This document shows positions 21,517 through 28,639 of a stretch of 46,108 nucleotides of DNA, piece after piece. The DNA comes from Patescibacteria group bacterium (lineage in GTDB: Bacteria > Patescibacteriota > Microgenomatia > UBA8517 > UBA10165), in contig JBBTXW010000035.1 of the NCBI GenBank assembly GCA_038062025.1, forward strand, positions 1-46,108, written 5' to 3'. The position numbers were made by a program, and so were the translations under genes. Under the pieces are notes generated by a model. The model was not told the origin of the DNA, made no database searches, and saw only the letters and a list, made by a program, of their open reading frames with translations. Every line of letters begins with the position of its first letter. Positions within the stretch are counted from its first letter, which is position 1.

Positions 21517-21539
21517 ATAGTGTATTGTCATTGCGAGGA

Positions 21540-21564
21540 GGGAGGTACCGTACAGTCACCTCCC
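21540..21564 (+). terminator. GC-rich hairpin GGGAGGT-N11-ACCTCCC downstream of the glycan operon (possible terminator; no U-tract)
   Basis: A 7-bp perfect stem read directly from the sequence, 24 nt after the stop at 21516. Confidence 0.3.
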
Positions 21565-21579
21565 AACGCGGCAATCTCA

Positions 21580-22137
21580 GTGGACACACGAAATTATTCA
21601 ACAGAGGGAATTATTATCTCCAGAAAAAACATTGGTGAGACGGACCGCCTTTTAACTGTGTTTTCCAAGCATTACGGTAAACTTCGAGTTGTTGCAAAAG
21701 GTGTACGTCGCACAATCTCAAGAAAAAGGGGAGCTATTGAGATATTTAGTTATTGTAAATTTCTTATCGCAAGGGGGAAAAACCTGGACATTTTAACTGA
21801 CGTTGAGATCAAAAGTGCATATGAGAATTGGCGTTCAGATTTAGTTCGCGTAGGAGTCGCCTACCACTTGTGTGAAGTTGTAAACAAACTCACTGCAGAA
21901 CACCAAGAACACAAAGAAGTCCTCTATTCTCTCCAAGAATGTCTGGAATCCCTAAGTGCTTTGGATTATTGGCAATTGTACCCCCTTGTACAAAATTTCA
22001 AACTCGAAGTACTCGAAGAGCTCGGATTCATTTCAAAAAATAAACCGGTTCCGACAGACGTCGACTCATATATAGAAGATCTAATCGGAACCTCCCTCAA
22101 AACCCTTAAGTTTCTCAAGGTGCTTTCCAAGAAATAG
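21580..22137 (+). CDS. recO: DNA repair protein RecO
   Basis: TEGIIISRKNIGETDRLLTVFSKHYGKLRVVAKGVRR is a typical RecO N-terminal OB-fold. The start is placed at in-frame GTG 21580, because the ORF-track start at 21520 would run through the hairpin. The start remains uncertain. Confidence 0.7.
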   Translation: MDTRNYSTEGIIISRKNIGETDRLLTVFSKHYGKLRVVAKGVRRTISRKRGAIEIFSYCKFLIARGKNLDILTDVEIKSAYENWRSDLVRVGVAYHLCEVVNKLTAEHQEHKEVLYSLQECLESLSALDYWQLYPLVQNFKLEVLEELGFISKNKPVPTDVDSYIEDLIGTSLKTLKFLKVLSKK

Positions 22138-22162
22138 CATCCCCCTGACTTTAGTGATTGAA

Positions 22163-22171
22163 TGATATAAT
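22163..22171 (+). promoter_or_regulatory. extended -10 promoter element TGATATAAT
   Basis: TGnTATAAT lies 37 nt upstream of ATG 22208. Only a weak -35 is present (CTGACT). Confidence 0.35.
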
Positions 22172-22207
22172 ATGACATAGTAAGCACTTTACCATAAGGA
22201 GAAGGTA

Positions 22208-22699
22208 ATGCTAGAGCAGCTTGTAGCAGTCTTGGCAACTCTCGGAATCTTCTTGTATTTATATATGTGGATTATAAACTGGCAAGCAACGCTGATTCTA
22301 AGCATCATGTTGCTAGTCGTGCTCATAGGATATCTAACAAGCCCACGAGAAGAGTTTACACGGGTAAGACGGGTAAAATACCCGCCGTGGTGGAGCGAAG
22401 AGGAAGTCCGCAAAGCCAAAAATAGCCGCAGAAATGCAGAATTGCAAAGTATAGCCGAAGAAAAGCACCGACGTGAACAGGTAATGCAAAGTTCTGTGTG
22501 TGCAAAATGCGGAAAGGGTGCAAGTGAACTCAAACTCATAGACAAAGGCGGCTATGATGGAGATGGCCAACCTGTAGGACCCAACTATAAAGCTGTGGGT
22601 TTCGAAGATTGCCTGTTTTGTGCAAGGCTGTTTTGCAACAAGCACATATACGAGGGTAAATGCCCAGCTTGCTGGGAGCGCGAATTAGCAAAGACCTGA
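22208..22699 (+). CDS. two-TM membrane protein with a C-terminal AN1-like zinc finger
   Basis: SD AAGGAGAAGG upstream of the ATG. Two N-terminal hydrophobic helices. The Cys/His spacing in residues 98-155 is C-x2-C-x33-C-x2-C-x4-C-x2-H-x5-C-x2-C. Confidence 0.6.
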   Translation: MLEQLVAVLATLGIFLYLYMWIINWQATLILSIMLLVVLIGYLTSPREEFTRVRRVKYPPWWSEEEVRKAKNSRRNAELQSIAEEKHRREQVMQSSVCAKCGKGASELKLIDKGGYDGDGQPVGPNYKAVGFEDCLFCARLFCNKHIYEGKCPACWERELAKT

Positions 22700-22711
22700 T
22701 AGAACCAATTC

Positions 22712-22747
22712 GCCCCGAAAGAAACAAAAATCCAATCGGGGCTTTTT
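22712..22747 (+). terminator. rho-independent terminator
   Basis: GCCCCGA-N17-TCGGGGC followed by TTTTT, 13 nt after the stop at 22699. Confidence 0.7.
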
Positions 22748-22787
22748 CATGCCTAAAAATTACCCCAAACCCCGACGTGCAAAGCTA

Positions 22788-22806
22788 TTCCACCTCGGAG
22801 GTGGAA
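22788..22806 (+). promoter_or_regulatory. perfect 9-1-9 palindrome TTCCACCTC-G-GAGGTGGAA in the glyQS leader
   Basis: Read directly from the sequence. It pairs a Shine-Dalgarno sequence (GGAGGTG) with an anti-SD-like CACCTCC. Function is unknown. Confidence 0.35.
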
Positions 22807-22874
22807 TTGTACTTACACCTCGGGAGTTGAGGAGCTACATGGTTTCTCACTTTTACATCTGCTAATATTGCAAT

Positions 22875-24197
22875 ATGGCAATTGTAACGATGGACAAAAT
22901 TGTTTCCCTTGCAAAAAGACGAGGTTTTGTTTATCCCGGTTCTGATATTTATGGTGGCCTCGCCAACACTTGGGACTATGGCCCTTTAGGAGCGCGAATC
23001 TTGCAAAATATAAAAAACCTCTGGTGGAAAACTTTTGTTGAAACTCGCTCCGATATGTACTCCGTTGATACAAGCCTAATTATGAAACCCAAAGTTTGGG
23101 AAGCCTCAGGACATGTAAGTTCATTCACAGACCCTCTTGTTGAATGCAAGGTCTGCCATGCCCGCCTTCGCGCCGATAAACCAGAAGAGATTAAAGAACA
23201 CCAGGATTTGCATAAAAAAAACGATGACGTTTCTGAAGTCTCCTGGACAGAGCCAAAGAATTTTAACCTAATGTTTAAAACCCATATCGGTGTGTCAGAA
23301 GACTCAAGGACTGACGTCTATCTTCGTCCCGAAACCGCCCAAGGCATGTTTGTCAACTTTAAGAATGTACTCACAACAGAACGGCCTCGTTTGCCTTTTG
23401 GCATTGCGCAGATTGGCAAAGCATTCAGAAACGAAATAACTCCCGGGAATTTTATATTTCGAACTCTCGAGTTTGAACAAATGGAAATTGAATATTTTGT
23501 AAAACCCTCCGATTGGGAAGCGGCCTTTGAGGGTTGGAAAATCCAAATGTGGGACTGGATTACAAAAATTTTAGAGGTTGACGAAAAAAAACTAAAATGG
23601 AGGGCACATGAGAAGGACGAACTCTCACATTATTCAAAAAGAACAGAAGATATTGAATTTGAATTCCCATTCGGTTGGGGAGAGCTTTACGGCTTGGCTT
23701 ACAGAACCGATTTTGATTTAAAAAACCATGCCGAAAAATCCGGCGAAGATTTGCAATATACAGATCCCGAAACAAACGAAAAATTCTTCCCCCATGTGGT
23801 CGAGCCAACATTTGGTGTCAATCGCACTGTATTAGTTGTGCTTTTGTCTGCATACACAGAAACTGACGATGGCCGAACATTGCTTAAACTTAACCCAAAG
23901 ATTGCTCCCTACAAAGCCGCAGTATTCCCTCTGGTTTCCAACAAACCCGATATTGTTGGAAAAGCAAAGAAAGTTTATGACGTGTTACGTGTCTCGTGCC
24001 CCGTTTCTTGGGACGACCGTGGCAACATCGGCAAGCGTTATGCTTCCCAAGACGAAATCGGAACCCCTTGGTGTATAACCGTGGATTATCAAACCCTGGA
24101 AGATGATACAGTAACCGTCCGTGATCGGGATACTGGACACCAGGTTCGAGTAGCAGTTCCTGAGCTTCAAGATTGGATTTCCTCCAGGCTGCATTAG
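22875..24197 (+). CDS. glyQS: glycine--tRNA ligase (homodimeric class II type)
   Basis: N-terminus KIVSLAKRRGFVYPGSDIYGGLANTWDYGPLG, motif 2 region YLRPETAQG, and QIGKAFRNEITP. Confidence 0.9.
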   Translation: MAIVTMDKIVSLAKRRGFVYPGSDIYGGLANTWDYGPLGARILQNIKNLWWKTFVETRSDMYSVDTSLIMKPKVWEASGHVSSFTDPLVECKVCHARLRADKPEEIKEHQDLHKKNDDVSEVSWTEPKNFNLMFKTHIGVSEDSRTDVYLRPETAQGMFVNFKNVLTTERPRLPFGIAQIGKAFRNEITPGNFIFRTLEFEQMEIEYFVKPSDWEAAFEGWKIQMWDWITKILEVDEKKLKWRAHEKDELSHYSKRTEDIEFEFPFGWGELYGLAYRTDFDLKNHAEKSGEDLQYTDPETNEKFFPHVVEPTFGVNRTVLVVLLSAYTETDDGRTLLKLNPKIAPYKAAVFPLVSNKPDIVGKAKKVYDVLRVSCPVSWDDRGNIGKRYASQDEIGTPWCITVDYQTLEDDTVTVRDRDTGHQVRVAVPELQDWISSRLH

Positions 24198-24198
24198 T

Positions 24199-24306
24199 GC
24201 GCAATAAATTGCGCCACTACGTATTAGCGAACTTTAGTTCGCGCTTGACAGACAACTACTAATCACGCAGAATGAATCTAGCGCGGAATGAATTCCGCTA
24301 ATACGC
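24199..24306. repeat. MITE/REP-like structured intergenic element: three 6-bp-stem/4-nt-loop hairpins plus ~24-nt imperfect terminal inverted repeats
   Basis: Three hairpins: GCGCAA-TAAA-TTGCGC (24199-24214), GCGAAC-TTTA-GTTCGC (24227-24242) and GCGGAA-TGAA-TTCCGC (24283-24298). CGTATTAGCG (24220-24229) is the exact reverse complement of CGCTAATACG (24296-24305). Confidence 0.4.
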
Positions 24307-24313
24307 TTCAATA

Positions 24314-25042
24314 ATGCAAAAAGCACTTCCTGTTGTAATCATAGTCATTGTTGTTCTTGGAATAATTGGAGGAGGATTTTTTGCCTACAAACAAATTACA
24401 AAACCTGCAAGCACAATAGAGACAGAGGAAGAGACAGAAACTTTAAAAGAATTAAGTCTTGAAGATAAACCTTACACAACTTTAGTCCCAGGCCCAAGTT
24501 GCGAATTTACCCTTTCCCTTTCAGGAATCCAAGGCTCCCCAGAATCTGTTGAATATGAAATAGTCTACAAAAACGAAGAAGGGGTAACCCAAGGAGCCTC
24601 TGGGACAATTAAAGCCTCAGGCGAGTCAAGTACCAAAAAACTTCTCTTTGGAACCGAATCCTCTGGCCACAGACGATGTGATAAAGGTGTTTCTGGCGGC
24701 AACATCACAATCCGCTTCAGAAACGACGAAGGGAAACTCATTGCAAAAATGGAGTCTTCATTTTCTATTGCTGAAGACGAAACAGAATTATCAGTAAAAG
24801 GTCTAAAAGTTGAGGGCCTTCCTTCAAAAGGCAAGCATCTTGCTATGAAAACATTTGGGCTTCCCGAGAATGCCCCTGGAAAAGTCGAATACGGCCCGTT
24901 TGGAGTATTTTCGAACTCAAAAAGTTTGAGCGGATCACCAAAGATGGAAGGTTCTGGAACTCTTTACGGGTATGACGGGTCAGAGTGGATGAAGATCTCC
25001 GGTAAAACCTCTGCGCTTGAAGCGCTTATCCTCAGTCAGTAG
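24314..25042 (+). CDS. hypothetical N-terminally anchored extracytoplasmic protein
   Basis: One N-terminal TM (VVIIVIVVLGIIGGGFFA) followed by a Ser/Gly/Glu-rich soluble region. No recognisable motif. Confidence 0.55.
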   Translation: MQKALPVVIIVIVVLGIIGGGFFAYKQITKPASTIETEEETETLKELSLEDKPYTTLVPGPSCEFTLSLSGIQGSPESVEYEIVYKNEEGVTQGASGTIKASGESSTKKLLFGTESSGHRRCDKGVSGGNITIRFRNDEGKLIAKMESSFSIAEDETELSVKGLKVEGLPSKGKHLAMKTFGLPENAPGKVEYGPFGVFSNSKSLSGSPKMEGSGTLYGYDGSEWMKISGKTSALEALILSQ

Positions 25043-25100
25043 CTCGGTCACGTATTATGCCCCCCTCAACGTTTCCCTTCTCCCGTTGTGAAAGTACCCC

Positions 25101-25129
25101 TTGACACTCTGTGAAAAGCCAACCATAAT
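25101..25129 (+). promoter_or_regulatory. sigma70-type promoter of the dcw operon (Pmra): TTGACA-17 nt-CATAAT
   Basis: Perfect -35 at 25101-25106, a 17-nt spacer, and a 5/6 -10 at 25124-25129. It lies 55 nt upstream of the mraZ ATG. Confidence 0.6.
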
Positions 25130-25133
25130 GGAT

Positions 25134-25153
25134 AAAAGTGGGAAAAAGTGGGA
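25134..25153 (+). promoter_or_regulatory. MraZ operator: two perfect 10-bp direct repeats AAAAGTGGGA (GTGGG at 25138 and 25148), plus a degenerate third copy overlapping the -10
   Basis: Direct repeats with 10-bp periodicity lie immediately downstream of the -10. They match the published (T)GGG(N)/AAAGTG repeat logic of MraZ boxes. Confidence 0.55.
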
Positions 25154-25183
25154 AATCTGATACTGTCCGCAAGGCTTGAATAA

Positions 25184-25621
25184 ATGTTAATTGGATCACA
25201 CATCCAAAAAGTTGACGCCAAGGGCAGAACAGCAATCCCAAGCAAGTTTAAAAAGGAACTGGGAATAACTGTCCTTATTTCTCGTTGGTACGAGGGAGCT
25301 GTCAGCATTTTTGCTCCTGAATCGTGGCGCCGGATTGTGGAGCAAGCCACCTTGGGATCATCTGTGTCTGCTTCTGCTCGAGATACAGAGCGTTTTCTTC
25401 TGGGTGGAGCATTCGAGGCCACACTCGACGCAAAAGGCAGATTCGTAATTCCACAAATTTTACGTGATTTTGGAAAAATCCAAAATGAAGTTGTGTTTGT
25501 GGGTTTAGGAAACAGAATTGAGGTTTGGGCCAAGTCGGCCTGGATTGAGCGAGAATTGCACATTTCCAAAAACGCTGAAAAACTATTAGAGCGCGCCCAA
25601 GGAGTCTACCGTGAGAACTAG
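25184..25621 (+). CDS. mraZ: transcriptional regulator MraZ
   Basis: Two SpoVT/AbrB-like repeats, each with DAKGR (DAKGRTAIPSKF and DAKGRFVIPQIL). First gene of the dcw cluster. Confidence 0.9.
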   Translation: MLIGSHIQKVDAKGRTAIPSKFKKELGITVLISRWYEGAVSIFAPESWRRIVEQATLGSSVSASARDTERFLLGGAFEATLDAKGRFVIPQILRDFGKIQNEVVFVGLGNRIEVWAKSAWIERELHISKNAEKLLERAQGVYREN

Positions 25622-26522
25622 CGGCAATCTCATTCACACGCCAGTACTTCTAAATGAGGTAATAACTTATTTAAATGTAAAACCTGGTGGAAAGTACATT
25701 GACTGCACAGTCGGCGCCGGAGGTCACGCAACTGAAATTCTAAAACTTGGCGGCGAAATCTTGGGACTTGATCAAGACCCGCAATCAGTTAAAATTGCAA
25801 GAAGAAATTTAGAGTCATGCCCTGGCAAGTACAAATTAGTAGTTGCCAATTTCTCCAAAATTTCCCAAGTTGCAAAAACCGAAGGTTTCGAAAACGTAGA
25901 AGGAGTCTTGATGGATCTGGGTTTTGCCAGCTTCCAAATCGACGACCCTACCCGCGGCCTTTCTTTTTCAAAAGACGGTCTGCTTGATATGCGCCTTGAC
26001 CCGAATCTAGGTGTAACCGCAGCAGATCTGGTCAATTCTCTTCCCGAGAGGGAGCTTGAAAGACTGTTTCGTGAGATTGGGGAGGAGCTGAAAGCGCAAG
26101 CTATCGCCCGAGCCATCGCGGAACAACGCAGAATTAAACCGTTCAAATCTACGCGTGAACTCGCAGAACTCGTGGAACGGTCTAATTCGACCCATTGGTC
26201 AAATAGGTCTAATTTACATCCTGCAACGCGAGTATTCATGGCTCTGAGGATTGCTGTAAACAGCGAACTTGAGAATCTAAAAGTTGCACTGCCGCAGGCT
26301 TTCGAACTTTTAAAGCCTGGTGGACGGCTTGCAATCATTAGCTTTCATTCGGGCGAAGACAGAATAGTAAAAACGGCGTTTAGGGATTGGGAAAAAACGG
26401 GAAAAGCACGAGCTATAACCAAAAAACCCTTGGTTCCAAGCCAACTTGAGGTTGACACGAACCCTAGAGCAAGGAGTGCGAAGCTGCGAGTGATTGAAAA
26501 ACATGACAAAAGCACAATTTGA
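25611..26522 (+). CDS. rsmH: 16S rRNA (cytosine1402-N4)-methyltransferase RsmH (MraW)
   Basis: HTPVLLNEV, DCTVGAGGHA, GVLMDLGFASFQ and SFHSGEDR motifs. GTG start overlaps the mraZ stop. Confidence 0.9.
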   Translation: MRTSGNLIHTPVLLNEVITYLNVKPGGKYIDCTVGAGGHATEILKLGGEILGLDQDPQSVKIARRNLESCPGKYKLVVANFSKISQVAKTEGFENVEGVLMDLGFASFQIDDPTRGLSFSKDGLLDMRLDPNLGVTAADLVNSLPERELERLFREIGEELKAQAIARAIAEQRRIKPFKSTRELAELVERSNSTHWSNRSNLHPATRVFMALRIAVNSELENLKVALPQAFELLKPGGRLAIISFHSGEDRIVKTAFRDWEKTGKARAITKKPLVPSQLEVDTNPRARSAKLRVIEKHDKSTI

Positions 26523-26853
26523 ACAACACAAAAAAAGCCTGCCTTTGCAAGGCAAACTCAACAAAAAGAAATGGCTGTTTTGGTTTATTCCGGTTGCTCT
26601 TTCTTTGATCTTTCAGCTTTTTGTTGCCAATATGACTGCAGGCGATGGGGAAGAGCTTGTAAAAATCGAGGAACAAATAGAAGCAGTTCAAAGACAAAAC
26701 CAAGCTTTGGAAGAAGAAATTACAACAAGTTTATCTCTTTCAAAAATAGAAGAAGAATCCCTAAAGTTAGGCTTGGGAAGACCAAAAGATATAATGTACG
26801 CAGAAGTTGAAAAATCTTACACGCAAGCAAACACATCAGTCGCAAACCAGTAA
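26494..26853 (+). CDS. ftsL: FtsL-like cell division protein
   Basis: Small bitopic protein with a basic N-terminus, one TM (WLFWFIPVALSLIFQLFV) and a coiled-coil (EEQIEAVQRQNQALEEEI). It occupies the canonical position between rsmH and ftsI. An alternative start is ATG 26503. Confidence 0.55.
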   Translation: MKNMTKAQFEQHKKSLPLQGKLNKKKWLFWFIPVALSLIFQLFVANMTAGDGEELVKIEEQIEAVQRQNQALEEEITTSLSLSKIEEESLKLGLGRPKDIMYAEVEKSYTQANTSVANQ

Positions 26854-28618
26854 TAACCTGCTTCGCAATAATAGAGTCTACATTCTTATAATCTTTTTTG
26901 TTCTTGCTGCAGCCGTAATTATTGTGCGACTCTTTTCTTGGCAAATCGTACACGGAGAAGAGTTGGAGCATTTAGGAAAATCACAACAAAAAATCTCCAA
27001 AAATGTCTTGAGCCTGCGAGGGGCTATCTTGGCCTCAGACGGCACGCCTCTTGTTTCCTCAAGCCCAGGCTGGACAATTTGGGCAGACCCAAGAAAAATA
27101 ACAGATCCCAAAAGCCTTTCAGAAAAGCTTGCTCCGTATTTGGTTGAAAAACCTTTGGAAATTGTAAAAGATCTTGATGAGGCGAGTCCCGATGAAAAAC
27201 CCACCCCAGAGGAGCTTTTAGAGATAGAAGAAGGAAAACTTTTTAATATTTTAACTCGAAGGGGCGCATGGGTTTCTTTAAAGCAAAAAATAGACAATAA
27301 AACCAAAGAAGTTATCGAGAAGTTAAATTTAGAAGGCTTAGGATTCGACCCAAACCAAAGAAGAATTTACCAAGAAGCCTCAATGAGCGCACACCTATTA
27401 GGTTTTGTTGGCCAGGAGTCCTCAGGATTGGATCAGGGATATTTTGGTTTGGAGGGAAAGTACGATGTTGCGCTCTCTGGCGTTGGGGGAGAAAAATATT
27501 TTGAAAAAGACGCTCTAGGGAACCCAATTTTAGCAGGAGACGGCAGAATTGTTGCCGCGCTTGATGGCGTTGATCTAAAAACCCACATTGATCGCACAAT
27601 ACAATATTTTGTCGAAAAAAGGCTCGCGGAGGGGGTTAAAAAGTATGGCGCAAAAGCGGGATCTATTGTTATTATGCGGCCATATGACGGTGCAATTTTG
27701 GCAATGTCATCGTATCCCACATATATCTCCACACACTTTTCGTATTTTAAAGAAGAGGATTTTATAAACCCGGTTATCTCGCAAACTTTTGAACCTGGGT
27801 CTGTTTTTAAGCCCATCGTAATGGCAAGCGCCTTGGATGCAGAAGCGGTTAAGACGGACGACTTGTGCGATAAATGTACAGGAAGCTTAAAAATCGGTCC
27901 CTATACAATTCGTACATGGGATGAACAATACCACCCAGACTCAACTCCCGGCGAGATTATCAAAAACTCAGACAACACTGGTATGGTTTGGGCAGCCGAG
28001 CGGCTTGGGCAGGATAAGCTGTATGATTATTTATCAAAATTTGGCCTTGGGGCAGTTACTGGAATAGATCTTCAAGGCGAAACAGCTTCAAAACTTCGGC
28101 AAAAAGGAAAATGGGGATTTATCGATTTAGCAACAACAAGTTTTGGACAAGGAATTGCAATTACCCCAATTCAACTTGTTCGGGCAATTGCGGCAATCGC
28201 AAATGATGGCAAACTTCCCACCCCCCAAGTTGTTGACAAAATAATAGGCAGTGGATTTGAGCAAGACATAAAACCAGAAGCGCATATTGAAGTGATATCC
28301 AAAAAAGCAGCAGATCAAATAACTGAAATGATGATAAATGCAACTAAAACTGGGGAAGCAAAATGGGCAGCGCCAAAAGGACATGTAATTGCCGGAAAAA
28401 CCGGCACAGCCCAAATTCCAATCCAAGGGCATTATGACCCTGAGAAAACCATTGCATCGTTTATTGGATTCGCCCCTGCTACTAACCCCGAATTTATTAT
28501 GCTTGTTACATTGCGAGAGCCCCAGTCATCCCCCTGGGCATCAGAAACCGCAGCGCCACTTTGGTTTGACATTGCTAAGGATTTGTTTGTGTATCTCGGA
28601 ATCCCGCCCACTCAGTAA
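26807..28618 (+). CDS. ftsI: class B penicillin-binding protein / peptidoglycan D,D-transpeptidase FtsI
   Basis: N-terminal TM, then SxxK (GSVFKP), SxN (NSDNTG) and KTGT (AGKTGTAQ). A TTG start is assumed, overlapping the ftsL end, so the start is uncertain. Confidence 0.85.
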   Translation: MKNLTRKQTHQSQTSNNLLRNNRVYILIIFFVLAAAVIIVRLFSWQIVHGEELEHLGKSQQKISKNVLSLRGAILASDGTPLVSSSPGWTIWADPRKITDPKSLSEKLAPYLVEKPLEIVKDLDEASPDEKPTPEELLEIEEGKLFNILTRRGAWVSLKQKIDNKTKEVIEKLNLEGLGFDPNQRRIYQEASMSAHLLGFVGQESSGLDQGYFGLEGKYDVALSGVGGEKYFEKDALGNPILAGDGRIVAALDGVDLKTHIDRTIQYFVEKRLAEGVKKYGAKAGSIVIMRPYDGAILAMSSYPTYISTHFSYFKEEDFINPVISQTFEPGSVFKPIVMASALDAEAVKTDDLCDKCTGSLKIGPYTIRTWDEQYHPDSTPGEIIKNSDNTGMVWAAERLGQDKLYDYLSKFGLGAVTGIDLQGETASKLRQKGKWGFIDLATTSFGQGIAITPIQLVRAIAAIANDGKLPTPQVVDKIIGSGFEQDIKPEAHIEVISKKAADQITEMMINATKTGEAKWAAPKGHVIAGKTGTAQIPIQGHYDPEKTIASFIGFAPATNPEFIMLVTLREPQSSPWASETAAPLWFDIAKDLFVYLGIPPTQ

Positions 28619-28639
28619 AAACGTGTTAAAATACACAAT

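Noticed and set aside
22189-22545. 118-aa minus-strand ORF overlapping the zinc-finger gene
   Set aside because: The + strand ORF has a strong SD, an extended -10 promoter, a terminator and a coherent TM-plus-zinc-finger architecture. The minus ORF has none of these.
22748-22874. Possible T-box riboswitch upstream of glycyl-tRNA synthetase
   Set aside because: The leader is only ~127 nt after the upstream terminator. I could not find the conserved T-box sequence (GGTGGNACCGCG-like), the AGAGA/GNUGGNA elements or a specifier-loop layout. It is treated instead as an uncharacterised hairpin/uORF leader.
24219-25060. The shared 8-mer ACGTATTA (24219 and 25050) as a further copy of the hairpin element
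   Set aside because: A single 8-mer match is expected by chance in 46 kb on two strands, and no adjacent hairpin modules are shared.
25066-26338. Long antisense ORFs (167 aa at 25066..25569 and 188 aa at 25772..26338) opposite mraZ and rsmH
   Set aside because: The sense-strand genes carry unambiguous MraZ and RsmH motifs. The antisense products are Ser/Arg/Ala-rich with no recognisable features, so they are most likely shadow ORFs in a slightly GC-richer stretch.
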